Source of the DNA: Crocinitomicaceae bacterium
GTDB taxonomy: Bacteria > Bacteroidota > Bacteroidia > Flavobacteriales_D > Parvicellaceae
Direction: 5' to 3'
Assembly: GCA_002716065.1 (NCBI GenBank)
Contig: PAZE01000048.1
Span: 13 to 64,012, forward strand
DNA length: 64,000 nt
The notes beneath the pieces are model-generated. The model did not search any database. It was not told the origin of the DNA and worked only from the letters and a program-made list of their open reading frames with translations. Made by a program: the position numbers and the translations under genes. Within the stretch, counting starts at the first letter, position 1. Every line of letters begins with the position of its first letter. Shown piece by piece: positions 19,483-29,363 of this stretch.

Positions 19483-20232
19483 TTAAATATATCCCACACA
19501 TTTATAAGTGTAATAACCAATTATTTCATGCAGTAACACCCTCCATTTTCTTAAAATATGTGATTGAGGAACTAAATAATCTTCTATTGAAATATGTTTT
19601 TGTTCTAGTACTTTTAAATAGGGGTCAACTTCTAATGATGTTGTTTTAAAACAAGCTATAGCTCTTCTATAATGGTAGTCTGAGGTGATTAATAAACAAG
19701 TTGGAGTAGATTTGTTTTCTGATAAAACAATTTTTGATGTATATAGCGCATTTTCATAGGTGTTTTGAGATTGAGTTTCACAAATAATATCTTCAGGATT
19801 GATTCCTGTATTTACTAAATACGATTTAATGTACTCAGATTCAATAATGTCTGATTGTATACTTCCAGAAGCTCCACTAATTATTATTTTATTTATGCTA
19901 TGTTCTTTATACAACTTAACAGTGTAAAGTAGACGGTCAGCACTTTCACCAAATTTCAAATTGTATTCAGTGGAGTTTAAGCTTATCATCCCGCCAAGAA
20001 GAATCCCAAAGTCGTAGTTGTTTTTGAGTTCAACAGCATCTACGTTCCATTTTTTAAATATTGTTTGATAAATAAATCCATTGGAGAAAAAAAGTAACAA
20101 AAAGAAGCTAAATAGAAGATACCTACGTCTTTTGTATTTTTTTTTCATAAACAAGCCAAGTATGAAAAACCCTGTAATAAATACTAGAGGATCCGCAATA
20201 AAGCCAACTATTTTGGAAAGAATAAAAAACAA
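19483..20232 (-). CDS. YdcF / DUF218 (ElyC/SanA-like) family protein
   Basis: N-terminal TM segments followed by a DUF218-like core (LITSDYHYRRA). TTG start; there is no nearby ATG. Confidence 0.65.
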   Translation of the reverse strand: MFFILSKIVGFIADPLVFITGFFILGLFMKKKYKRRRYLLFSFFLLLFFSNGFIYQTIFKKWNVDAVELKNNYDFGILLGGMISLNSTEYNLKFGESADRLLYTVKLYKEHSINKIIISGASGSIQSDIIESEYIKSYLVNTGINPEDIICETQSQNTYENALYTSKIVLSENKSTPTCLLITSDYHYRRAIACFKTTSLEVDPYLKVLEQKHISIEDYLVPQSHILRKWRVLLHEIIGYYTYKCVGYI

Positions 20233-20281
20233 CTTTTAATTTTTTTATAAATCTATTTATTTTCTATTAAATCAAATTGTA

Positions 20282-20312
20282 TTTGACAACCTAAATCAAA
20301 ACTGTATTTTTG
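20282..20312 (+). promoter_or_regulatory. Bacteroidota-type promoter upstream of icmF
   Basis: TTTG (20282-20285), a 19-nt spacer, then TATTTTTG (20305-20312). This matches TTTG-N19-TAnnTTTG and ends 17 nt before the ATG. Confidence 0.5.
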
Positions 20313-20329
20313 TTTTCAAAGAAAAGTTA

Positions 20330-23300
20330 ATGGATTCAACAATATATCAACCTAAGAATAAGATTAGAATTGTTACTGCGGCCTCTTTATTTGATGGTCA
20401 TGATGCTGCCATCAATATAATGAGAAGGATAATTCAATCTACTGGATGTGAGGTAATTCATTTAGGTCACGATAGAAGTGTAAAGGAGGTGGTGAATTGT
20501 GCTATTCAAGAAGATGCCCAGGCTATTGCTATGACTTCTTACCAAGGTGGTCATAATGAGTATTTTAAATACATGTACGATTTGTTGAAAGAAAAAGGAG
20601 CTGATGATATTAAGATTTTCGGAGGTGGTGGAGGAACAATTCTACCTTCAGAAATAAAAGAATTGCACGATTATGGTATAGAAAGAATCTATCATCCTGA
20701 TGATGGTCGTTCAATGGGCCTACAGGGAATGATTAATGATTTGGTTAAAAGATGCGACTTTCCTACTGGGAAGAATCAACAAAAGCAACTTTCTAAAATA
20801 AACTTCGATAAAAATCCATTAACTCTTGGTAAGATGATTTCTGCTGCAGAGAACTTTATGGACGAAAACAAAAATGAGCTTAAGGCTATTCAAGAAGCTG
20901 CAAAAGATATAAGTATTCCTATTTTAGGAATTACAGGTACTGGTGGTGCCGGAAAGTCGTCTCTTGTAGATGAGCTGGTTCGAAGATTTTTAGCAGATTT
21001 CCCAAAGAAAGAAATTGCTATTGTTTCTGTTGATCCTTCTAAAAGACGTACTGGTGGAGCATTGCTTGGAGATAGAATTCGAATGAATTCTATTAACGAC
21101 TCTAGAGTGTATATGCGATCATTGGCTACTAGACAAAGTAATCTTGCACTTTCTAAGTATGTTTCCAATGCGCTAGACATATTAAAATTGGCTAAATACG
21201 ATTTAATTATTTTGGAAACTTCTGGTATTGGCCAATCAGATACTGAGATTTTAGATCATAGCGATGTTTCTTTATATGTAATGACACCTGAATTTGGAGC
21301 TGCTACTCAGCTAGAGAAAATAGACATGCTTGATTTTGCAGATATTGTTGCCTTAAACAAATTTGACAAAAGAGGTGCATTAGATGCCATTAGAGATGTT
21401 AAAAAGCAATACAAAAGAAATCACAATTTATGGGATACACCCGATGAAGATATTCCTGTCTTTGGAACTATAGCCTCTCAGTTTAATGATCCTGGTATGA
21501 ATACGCTTTACCGATCAATAATTGACAAAGTACAGCAGAAAACCAAAGCTGGTCTAATTTCTTCTTTTACCATTTCTAAAGAGATGTCTGAGAAAGTTTT
21601 TGTTATTCCTCCTAATAGATTTCGTTATCTTTCTGAAATTTCTGAAAACAATAGAGCATATGACAAATGGGTAGATGCTCAGGTTTTAGTTGCCGATAAA
21701 CTAGATGCTGTTTCCAAAGCGGTAGAAATAGTTTCTGATTCAAAAGTCGAACAGGACTTACAATCAACCTATGAAAAGTTGAAAATGGATATCGATCCTC
21801 ATAATTTCCAAATTTTACAAAATTGGGATAAAAAAGTAGGGCAATACAGATCAAGTGAATTTAAATTTACTGTAAGAGATAAAGAGCTCTCTGTTAAAAC
21901 ACATTCTGAATCCCTCTCTCAGCTTTCCATTCCAAAAGTTGCCGTTCCTAGATATTCTAGTTGGGGAGATCGATTAAGATGGTCTTTGCAAGAGAATTTC
22001 CCTGGAGAATTTCCCTTTACTTCAGGACTTTTTCCTTTTAAAAGGGAGGGAGAGGATCCTACAAGAATGTTTGCTGGTGAAGGTGGCCCTGAAAGAACCA
22101 ACAGAAGGTTCCATTATGTAAGTTTAGGAATGCCAGCAAAGAGATTATCTACTGCTTTTGATTCAGTTACCCTTTATGGGAACGACCCAAATGTTCGTCC
22201 AGATATATACGGAAAAATTGGAAATGCAGGGGTGTCCATATGTTGCTTGGATGATGCCAAGAAATTGTATTCTGGATTTGATCTTTCTTCACCATCCACA
22301 TCTGTAAGTATGACTATAAATGGACCTGCTCCAATGCTGCTAGGTTTCTTTATGAATGCAGCAATTGATCAAAATTGTGAGAAATACATCAAAGAAAATG
22401 GATTACAGAAGCAGGTTGAAGCTAAAATCAAAAAAATATACAATAACCAAAATCGACCATCTTACCAAGGTGATCTTCCTGAAGGTAATGATGGATTGGG
22501 CTTAATGCTTCTTGGAGTTACTGGTGATCAAGTATTAGATGATGCTACATATCAAAAAATAAAGGCTGAAACACTTACTAAAGTTAGAGGAACAGTACAG
22601 GCAGATATTCTCAAAGAGGATCAAGCGCAAAACACTTGTATCTTCTCTACCGAATTTGCTTTAAGGTTAATGGGAGATGTTCAACAGTATTTTATTGAAA
22701 ATAAGGTAAGAAATTTTTATTCAGTTTCCATTTCAGGCTATCATATTGCAGAAGCAGGTGCAAACCCAATTTCTCAACTAGCATTTACTCTTGCAAATGG
22801 TTTTACTTATGTAGAATACTATTTAAGTAGGGGTATGGACATAAATAAATTCGGTCCTAACTTATCATTCTTCTTTTCTAACGGAATAGATCCTGAATAT
22901 GCTGTTATAGGTAGAGTGGCAAGAAGAATATGGTCCAAAGCGCTAAAGAATAAATATGGGGCTGATAAAAGAGCTCAAATGCTTAAATATCATATTCAAA
23001 CATCAGGTAGATCATTACATGCTCAAGAGATTGATTTTAATGATATAAGAACAACCCTTCAAGCTTTGTATGCCATTTACGACAATTGTAATTCGCTACA
23101 TACTAATGCTTATGATGAGGCTATCACTACACCTACGGAAGATTCAGTAAGAAGAGCAATGGCAATTCAACTGATTATTAACAAAGAGCTTGGATTGGCT
23201 AAAAATGAAAATCCACTTCAAGGGTCGTTCATTATTGATGAGTTAACTGATTTGGTTGAAGAAGCGGTATTAATGGAATTCGACAGAATCAATGAAAGAG

Positions 23301-23686
23301 GCGGTGTTCTTGGAGCAATGGAAACGATGTATCAGAGAAGTAAAATTCAAGAAGAATCCCTTTATTATGAAACGTTAAAACACACTGGTGAATTTCCAAT
23401 AATAGGGGTAAATACTTTTTTAAATTCTAAAGGTTCACCTACAATTATTCCTTCTGAAGTTATTCGCGCAACTATTGATGAAAAAGAATATCAAATTTCT
23501 ATGTTAGAAGATTTACATAAAAATAAAGATAAGGTTGCCCAAGAGTCTTTAAACGCTATTCAAAATGCAGCCATTGAAAATGAAAATATTTTTGATGTTA
23601 TTATGGAGGCTAGTAAGCATTGTTCATTGGGTCAGATAACAGACTCTTTGTTTAAAGTTGGTGGTCAATATAGAAGAAACATGTAA
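20330..23686 (+). CDS. icmF: fused isobutyryl-CoA mutase (B12-binding domain + MeaB-like GTPase + mutase catalytic domain)
   Basis: N-terminal B12-binding region ([14 protein letters not shown]), P-loop GTGGAGKSS with NKFD, and a large methylmalonyl-CoA-mutase-like C-terminal domain. 1118 aa. Confidence 0.9.
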   Translation: MDSTIYQPKNKIRIVTAASLFDGHDAAINIMRRIIQSTGCEVIHLGHDRSVKEVVNCAIQEDAQAIAMTSYQGGHNEYFKYMYDLLKEKGADDIKIFGGGGGTILPSEIKELHDYGIERIYHPDDGRSMGLQGMINDLVKRCDFPTGKNQQKQLSKINFDKNPLTLGKMISAAENFMDENKNELKAIQEAAKDISIPILGITGTGGAGKSSLVDELVRRFLADFPKKEIAIVSVDPSKRRTGGALLGDRIRMNSINDSRVYMRSLATRQSNLALSKYVSNALDILKLAKYDLIILETSGIGQSDTEILDHSDVSLYVMTPEFGAATQLEKIDMLDFADIVALNKFDKRGALDAIRDVKKQYKRNHNLWDTPDEDIPVFGTIASQFNDPGMNTLYRSIIDKVQQKTKAGLISSFTISKEMSEKVFVIPPNRFRYLSEISENNRAYDKWVDAQVLVADKLDAVSKAVEIVSDSKVEQDLQSTYEKLKMDIDPHNFQILQNWDKKVGQYRSSEFKFTVRDKELSVKTHSESLSQLSIPKVAVPRYSSWGDRLRWSLQENFPGEFPFTSGLFPFKREGEDPTRMFAGEGGPERTNRRFHYVSLGMPAKRLSTAFDSVTLYGNDPNVRPDIYGKIGNAGVSICCLDDAKKLYSGFDLSSPSTSVSMTINGPAPMLLGFFMNAAIDQNCEKYIKENGLQKQVEAKIKKIYNNQNRPSYQGDLPEGNDGLGLMLLGVTGDQVLDDATYQKIKAETLTKVRGTVQADILKEDQAQNTCIFSTEFALRLMGDVQQYFIENKVRNFYSVSISGYHIAEAGANPISQLAFTLANGFTYVEYYLSRGMDINKFGPNLSFFFSNGIDPEYAVIGRVARRIWSKALKNKYGADKRAQMLKYHIQTSGRSLHAQEIDFNDIRTTLQALYAIYDNCNSLHTNAYDEAITTPTEDSVRRAMAIQLIINKELGLAKNENPLQGSFIIDELTDLVEEAVLMEFDRINERGGVLGAMETMYQRSKIQEESLYYETLKHTGEFPIIGVNTFLNSKGSPTIIPSEVIRATIDEKEYQISMLEDLHKNKDKVAQESLNAIQNAAIENENIFDVIMEASKHCSLGQITDSLFKVGGQYRRNM

Positions 23687-23692
23687 TCCTTA

Positions 23693-24295
23693 ATGACTGA
23701 AAAGAATCATCTTATCATTTTTGCTAGAAACCCTCAGCTTGGAAAAATTAAAACTCGGCTAGCAGAATCAGTTGGAGATAAAAATGCGCTTAAGGTATAT
23801 CTTCACCTTTTAGAACATACTGCTCATGTTGTTGGTAAGGTTAGTTGTGTTAAGCATGTTTATTACGATTCTTTTATTGAAAAAGACGATATATTTCCTG
23901 AGGAAAATTTTCACAAAAACATTCAAGTTGGTGACGATTTAGGCTTAAAGATGTACAACTCTATTAAAGATGTTTTTGGCCAGTGGGCTGAAAAGGTACT
24001 TATTATTGGAACAGATTGTTTCGAATTGGATAACTCAGTTATTGAAGAAGCATTTTCTAAACTTAATGATTTTGATGCAGTTGTTGGACCGGCTTTAGAT
24101 GGCGGATATTATTTATTGGGTATAAAACAGCTTAAAAAAGAATATTTCATCAATAAATCATGGAGTAAAGAAAATGTTTTATTAGACACTCTATTGGATT
24201 TCAAAAGCCTTGGATTAAGCTACTACTTACTTCCTCAGTTAAATGATGTAGATATAAGAGAAGATTTGGGTGATTTAGAAAAATTAATTGAATGA
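23693..24295 (+). CDS. DUF2064 / TIGR04282-like glycosyltransferase-fold protein
   Basis: N-terminus LIIFARNPQLGKIKTRLA and DGGYYLLG motif, typical of the family. Confidence 0.6.
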   Translation: MTEKNHLIIFARNPQLGKIKTRLAESVGDKNALKVYLHLLEHTAHVVGKVSCVKHVYYDSFIEKDDIFPEENFHKNIQVGDDLGLKMYNSIKDVFGQWAEKVLIIGTDCFELDNSVIEEAFSKLNDFDAVVGPALDGGYYLLGIKQLKKEYFINKSWSKENVLLDTLLDFKSLGLSYYLLPQLNDVDIREDLGDLEKLIE

Positions 24296-25110
24296 ACCTA
24301 ACCAAAATTAAACAGACGGTTGATTTTTTAATTTTAAAAGGCTTTGTTGAGTGTGAAAATGCCGTCATTTTAGGAACTGGATTAGGTAGTTTAGTAGATG
24401 CTGTAGAACATAAAATTTCAATTCCTTATTCACAAATTCCACATTTTCCAATAAGCACAGTTGAGACACATTCTGGCAACTTGATTTTAGGAAATATTGA
24501 AGGTGTAAAAGTACTTGTATTTCAGGGTAGATTTCACTTTTATGAAGGCTATTCAATGCAACAGGTGGTTTTTCCAGTTCATATTATGAAGTTTTTGGGT
24601 ATAAAAAACCTGTTGATTTCAAACGCTGCTGGTGCAATTAATCTTGGCTTTAAAAAGGGCTCTTTGATGCTTATAAAAGATCATATTAACCTTTTCCCAA
24701 AACATCCTCTTGTGGGGCCAAACAAAGATGAGATAGGTGTTCGATTTCCGGATATGAGTTCTGCTTACAATTCACACTTTAATGAAATTCTTACTACTGT
24801 AGCTAAAAATTTAAAGATCCCTTTGGAAAAAGGGGTTTACATATCTGCTCAAGGTCCCATGTTAGAAACCCCTTCGGAATACAGGATGCTTAGAAGATTT
24901 GGTGCTGATGCTGTTGGTATGAGTACTATTCCAGAAGTTATTGCAGCAAATCATGCAGGTATTAAGTGTTGTGCTTTATCTGTTTTAACAGATGAATGTG
25001 ATCCAGATGATTTAAAGCCTATTGATATTCAAGAAATTATAACTATTGCTAAAAAGGCAGAAAAAAAGCTAGTTCTTCTAGTAAAAGAATTTTTTAAATC
25101 AATTGCTTAG
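24292..25110 (+). CDS. purine nucleoside phosphorylase (trimeric PNP family)
   Basis: GRFHFYEGY, VGMSTIPEV and LTDECDP motifs. ATGA overlap with the upstream gene. Confidence 0.85.
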   Translation: MNLTKIKQTVDFLILKGFVECENAVILGTGLGSLVDAVEHKISIPYSQIPHFPISTVETHSGNLILGNIEGVKVLVFQGRFHFYEGYSMQQVVFPVHIMKFLGIKNLLISNAAGAINLGFKKGSLMLIKDHINLFPKHPLVGPNKDEIGVRFPDMSSAYNSHFNEILTTVAKNLKIPLEKGVYISAQGPMLETPSEYRMLRRFGADAVGMSTIPEVIAANHAGIKCCALSVLTDECDPDDLKPIDIQEIITIAKKAEKKLVLLVKEFFKSIA

Positions 25111-26102
25111 CACAATTTTTTATTATTCAATTCAACAAGAGGCAATATTTCATTAATTAAAGCTTTAGCCACTTTAAAATCTATTTGCTGATCTGCATCA
25201 GAAAGTGCGCTATTAGGATCAGGGTGAACTTCAATTAATAATCCATCTGCACCCATGGCAACAGCTGCTTTGCTTAGGTCAATAATTCCATATCGTTTTC
25301 CAAGAGCATGACTAGGATCAATTACTATTGGTAGATTAATGTGTTCTTTTATCCATGCTACTGAGCATAAATCTAAAGTGAACCTTGTTTTAGGTTCAAA
25401 TGTACGTATTCCTCTTTCACATAGAATAACGTTTTCATTTCCACCACACAATATGAATTCTGCAGCTTGAATAAACTCTTGTAATGTTGAACTAAAGCCA
25501 CGTTTTAACAACACTGGTTTATTTGTTTTGCCAAGAGCTTTAAGCAATGCTTGATCATACATTGATTTGGTCCCAATTTGAACAACATCCGCTTGATTGA
25601 TAACCTGGTTAATGTGCTCAGCATTTTTTGCTTCGGAGAAGGTGATTAATTGCTTTTTTTTGGCCGTTTCTTGTAAAATATCTAGGCCTTTCTTTTCTAA
25701 ACCTTGAAAAGAGTAGGGAGATGTTCTGGGTTTAAAAGCTCCAGCTCTAATACAACTTAATCTATTTGTGGTCAAAAACTGGGCAACCTGATTTATTTGC
25801 TCAGTGCTTTCAACAGAACAAGGTCCCATAATTAAGGGGAGTGAAGGGGAATTTCTTCCAATTGAAATGTGTTTAATTGGAATTTCTCTATGAGTTTTAT
25901 ATTGAATTGAAGCTAGCTGAATATCATTTTCAAAAACAAATTCTTGAAGTACAAATGGAGAAAGTTCTTTTGGGAAGTTTTTGTTTACAGAGGAGTTTAC
26001 CAGCTGTATATATTCCTGTTTAACATTGACAAAAGAAGATGTGTTTTCAACATAGGAATTGATTATCTTGTTGGGTGTGTTTTTATCTAAATGAAGAATC
26101 AT
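25107..26102 (-). CDS. 3-deoxy-7-phosphoheptulonate (DAHP) synthase, type I-beta, with N-terminal extension
   Basis: MGPCSVES, KPRTSPYSFQGL and DPSHA motifs of the DAHPS/KDO8PS I-beta family. Confidence 0.8.
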   Translation of the reverse strand: MILHLDKNTPNKIINSYVENTSSFVNVKQEYIQLVNSSVNKNFPKELSPFVLQEFVFENDIQLASIQYKTHREIPIKHISIGRNSPSLPLIMGPCSVESTEQINQVAQFLTTNRLSCIRAGAFKPRTSPYSFQGLEKKGLDILQETAKKKQLITFSEAKNAEHINQVINQADVVQIGTKSMYDQALLKALGKTNKPVLLKRGFSSTLQEFIQAAEFILCGGNENVILCERGIRTFEPKTRFTLDLCSVAWIKEHINLPIVIDPSHALGKRYGIIDLSKAAVAMGADGLLIEVHPDPNSALSDADQQIDFKVAKALINEILPLVELNNKKLC

Positions 26103-26104
26103 AG

Positions 26105-27523
26105 TTAAATATACTCATAGCATCCAAGATCATTGCCGTTTGTTCTTGGATTTCCTAATAAGTCAATAGTAATGGTTGATGGTGCTCCTTTATCAATAAC
26201 AAATGAACCAGAAGAAATGGTAAAATCCCAAGATGCTGGAGAACTAAACATTGGGTCTATGTTGTTGTAACAATTGTTAAAGAAAATAGAGTTGTTAATG
26301 GAATCTTCAAGTTTAAAAAGTGAATTGGTAAAATTCATGATTGGTATTTCACCTGAGAATTCTCTTCCCAATGTATCAATGAATACTTCATTGTCATTGC
26401 TGCCATAAAATATGCAATTGGTGAAGTTAGCAGTAGTAAACGGTCTATACTGTGGAATGTTTAAATAGTCATAATAATCTTTAAAGACAAACAAAGCTGA
26501 ATTTCGCTGTCCTTGCCAATAATTTCCAAAAGTGCATTGCTCAAAGTTAACATTACCACCAAGGCTAATGAAGCCACAGTATTGAGATGAATTACTAAAA
26601 AGACAATTTTCAGCATTGACATTAGCTCCCTGAGTAAGAATACTAGCGTATAATGAATTTTGAATAGAAATACTATTAAGCTCAACTTGATTTCCGCTCT
26701 GGCTGGTATCTATTTGAATTCCTATTATGGCGTTACTGATTTGAGCATATTCAATGGTGCTGTTTAAAGGTTGATAAAACCATATTCCTCTCCATTGTCC
26801 ACTGGTGCTATCGGCATCATAAAGCAAGAAATCTTCCATTCTATCTTGTTTAAAAATTACCGGCTGCCCTAAAGTTCCATTTACTTGAAGAGCACTTTTG
26901 TATATGTAAAGAATAGCATTAGAATGTCCATGAATTGTAGTTCCAGCTTCAATAATAAGGGTTTTGTTAGAATCTAATGATGGATAGCCAACGGCAGCAA
27001 CACCATAAATAACATGAGGTTTATCATTAGACCAAGTTCCTTCAACCAATTCATTGACATGGAAATAGGCATCTTGTCCCCAGGCATTGAGTACTACTTT
27101 TTGTTGGTTTCCATTTGTAAGAAATAGTATGGAATCTTCGACAACTAAAGGATTATTGGAATTGTTTGGGTCTATGGTTACCTCTACAAAAACAAACATG
27201 CTATCACCAGTTTCAAGCTCTATGTTTTCAAAATTCACACCAGCATCTCCATTTACGTTGATTCTAAATGGTGAATTGGTGCCATTAGCAAGTTGAATTG
27301 AGCTAACATTTATTTTTCCGTTATTGTTGTTGTAGATTTTAAAATATTTCGTTGTAGAGCCTATGGTAGTAAAAATGGTGTCGAAAAGTATAGTGTCATT
27401 AGAAAAATCTAGTCTTGCACTTGAACTAGTGAGTAAGTTTTGCTTTCTACAATTGACAAAATTTAGACAAATTGCAAGGGTGCATAAAACAAGAATATAG
27501 GTGTATATGTTTTTAATTGACAT
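26105..27523 (-). CDS. hypothetical secreted protein or lipoprotein, probable right-handed beta-helix repeats
   Basis: Signal/lipobox-like N-terminus from ATG 27523 (MSIKNIYTYILVLCTLAICLNFVNC) and repetitive N/G/S-rich beta-strand pattern. Confidence 0.4.
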   Translation of the reverse strand: MSIKNIYTYILVLCTLAICLNFVNCRKQNLLTSSSARLDFSNDTILFDTIFTTIGSTTKYFKIYNNNNGKINVSSIQLANGTNSPFRINVNGDAGVNFENIELETGDSMFVFVEVTIDPNNSNNPLVVEDSILFLTNGNQQKVVLNAWGQDAYFHVNELVEGTWSNDKPHVIYGVAAVGYPSLDSNKTLIIEAGTTIHGHSNAILYIYKSALQVNGTLGQPVIFKQDRMEDFLLYDADSTSGQWRGIWFYQPLNSTIEYAQISNAIIGIQIDTSQSGNQVELNSISIQNSLYASILTQGANVNAENCLFSNSSQYCGFISLGGNVNFEQCTFGNYWQGQRNSALFVFKDYYDYLNIPQYRPFTTANFTNCIFYGSNDNEVFIDTLGREFSGEIPIMNFTNSLFKLEDSINNSIFFNNCYNNIDPMFSSPASWDFTISSGSFVIDKGAPSTITIDLLGNPRTNGNDLGCYEYI

Positions 27524-27598
27524 CTGTTGGTGATAATGCTGCAAGTTTATTAACTATTTATCATTTAAAATATTTTATCGCATTATTTTATTTGTTCT

Positions 27599-27629
27599 TT
27601 TGAAACAAGAAAAAGAAAATATATATTTG
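27599..27629 (+). promoter_or_regulatory. Bacteroidota-type promoter upstream of the L31 gene
   Basis: TTTG (27599-27602), a 19-nt spacer, then TATATTTG (27622-27629). Confidence 0.55.
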
Positions 27630-27657
27630 CACGCTCGAAAGTTAAAGAACTAGATTA

Positions 27658-27915
27658 ATGAAAAAAGGAATACACCCAGAGAATTACAGATTAGTCGTTT
27701 TTAAAGATATGTCTAACGATTATTCTTTTTTAAGTAAAAGCTGTGCAAATTCTAAAGATACCGTAAAATGGGAAGATGGTAATGAATACCCTCTTATTAA
27801 ATTAGAGATTTCTCATAAGTCTCATCCATTTTTTACTGGAAAACAACAACTTATTGATACTGCTGGTAGAATTGACAAATTTAAAAGCAGATACTCTTCT
27901 CAAAAGAAGAAATAA
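27658..27915 (+). CDS. rpmE: 50S ribosomal protein L31, type B (lacks the zinc-ribbon cysteines)
   Basis: [10 protein letters not shown]... N-terminus and HPFFTGKQ motif. 85 aa with no CxxC pair. Confidence 0.9.
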   Translation: MKKGIHPENYRLVVFKDMSNDYSFLSKSCANSKDTVKWEDGNEYPLIKLEISHKSHPFFTGKQQLIDTAGRIDKFKSRYSSQKKK

Positions 27916-27936
27916 AAATTTTATAACATCTTTTAA

Positions 27937-27964
27937 CCCTCGGCATTGTTCGGGGGTTTTTTTT
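27937..27964 (+). terminator. rho-independent terminator after the L31 gene
   Basis: CCCTCGG-cattgtt-CGGGGG imperfect GC stem followed by TTTTTTTT. Confidence 0.6.
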
Positions 27965-27997
27965 ATCCGTACATTTGATAATTAACATTCAAGTTCA

Positions 27998-29185
27998 ATG
28001 AAAAAGATTGTTTTATTTGATGGTCAGTGTCATAAATCTTTATTGCCCTTATCATTTACTCGTCCTGTAGCTCATTTAAGAGTTGGCATTCTAACCATTC
28101 TTGAAAAATGGGAATATTATTTAGATCAAAAGGTTGATGTTCGATGTAAGGACTTTTTAAGCAGTAAATTTTCTTCTTTTGAGAATGTTGCTGATATTGG
28201 AATTTTAGCTGGTTTGTTGCCGGATGCTGATTTGGTAGAAGTAATTCTAGGACTAGACTCCAATACTATTCTTCTATGTAATGAAGACGTTCTTGCTATT
28301 AGCCCTCTTCCAAAAAATGATGGTAATATGGAGAAATTGCTGGCTAAATATTCAGTTGTTCAATACGACTTACCAGTTTCAATAATTAAAAGACCATCAG
28401 ATATTTTCCTTAAAAATGGTGATCAGTTGGAAGTTGATTTTCCTCTTTTAACAGCTGGTAAATCTTCTTTGAATATTGATCAGTCAAATACATTAATTGG
28501 AGATTCAATCTTTGTTGAAGAAGGTGCAAGGGTTTCAGCTAGCATTATCAATGCTGAAGATGGTCCAGTTTATATCGGTAAAAATGCACAAGTTATGGAG
28601 GGTTCTCTAATAAGAGGTCCTTTTGCTTTAATGGATAATTCTACTTTAAAAATGGGAGCTAAAATCTATGGACCAACTACTTTTGGTCCTCATTGTAAGG
28701 TTGGTGGTGAGGTAGGCAATTCCGTTATTCAAGGGTATTCAAATAAAGCTCATGATGGTTATCTAGGTAATAGTGTTATTGGTGAGTGGTGTAATTTAGG
28801 TGCTGACACCAATACTTCCAACCTAAAAAATAATTACAGTTCAGTAAAGACATGGAATTATGCAACTGAAACTATGGAAGATTCAGGTACGCAGTACTGT
28901 GGTTTAACAATGGGTGATCATTCAAAGTGTGGAATCAATACCATGTTTAATACAGGTACTGTGGTTGGAGTTTTTGCTAATGTTTTTGGAGGAGGGTTTC
29001 CGGCAAAATTTATTCCTTCATTTAGTTGGGGAGGTGCAACTGAAAGTGTAGATTATGAGCTAGAAAAAGCATTAAATCTTGCTGATGTTGTAATGAAAAG
29101 AAGAGGCTTGGAATTGTCTAAAGAAGATCAACAGCTATTGGAAAATATTTTTGAATTGACTGCCAAGTATAGATTCAAATCTTAG
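27998..29185 (+). CDS. GlmU-family-like protein (nucleotidyltransferase-like N-terminus + left-handed beta-helix)
   Basis: Hexapeptide-repeat region (IGKNAQVMEGSLIRGP..., GGEVGNSVIQGYSNKAHDGYLGNSVIGEWCNLGA). A TACATTTG -7 box lies at 27970-27977. Confidence 0.6.
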   Translation: MKKIVLFDGQCHKSLLPLSFTRPVAHLRVGILTILEKWEYYLDQKVDVRCKDFLSSKFSSFENVADIGILAGLLPDADLVEVILGLDSNTILLCNEDVLAISPLPKNDGNMEKLLAKYSVVQYDLPVSIIKRPSDIFLKNGDQLEVDFPLLTAGKSSLNIDQSNTLIGDSIFVEEGARVSASIINAEDGPVYIGKNAQVMEGSLIRGPFALMDNSTLKMGAKIYGPTTFGPHCKVGGEVGNSVIQGYSNKAHDGYLGNSVIGEWCNLGADTNTSNLKNNYSSVKTWNYATETMEDSGTQYCGLTMGDHSKCGINTMFNTGTVVGVFANVFGGGFPAKFIPSFSWGGATESVDYELEKALNLADVVMKRRGLELSKEDQQLLENIFELTAKYRFKS

Positions 29186-29258
29186 TTTATTTTATTTTTT
29201 CTCTTTTGGCATTTCTATTGATGTATACTTATTGCAGTTAGTTCTGAAAAATTATTTT

Positions 29259-29291
29259 AACACCTGTAAATCAGTTGTTTAGGTGTTTTTG
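29259..29291 (+). terminator. possible terminator after the GlmU-like gene
   Basis: AACACCT (29259-29265) pairs with AGGTGTT (29281-29287), followed by TTTTT. The 15-nt loop is large. Confidence 0.45.
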
Positions 29292-29363
29292 ATGAGTTTA
29301 TTGCTACTTATTTTAACCTTTTGAGTTATTAGTTAAATGTCAAATTGACAATTATTAGATAAT

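Noticed and set aside
27545-27657. Possible Zur or zinc regulation of the cysteine-less L31 type B gene.
   Set aside because: There is no recognisable palindromic Zur-like box in the leader, only a consensus housekeeping promoter. Whether a Cys-containing L31 paralogue exists elsewhere cannot be seen from this window.
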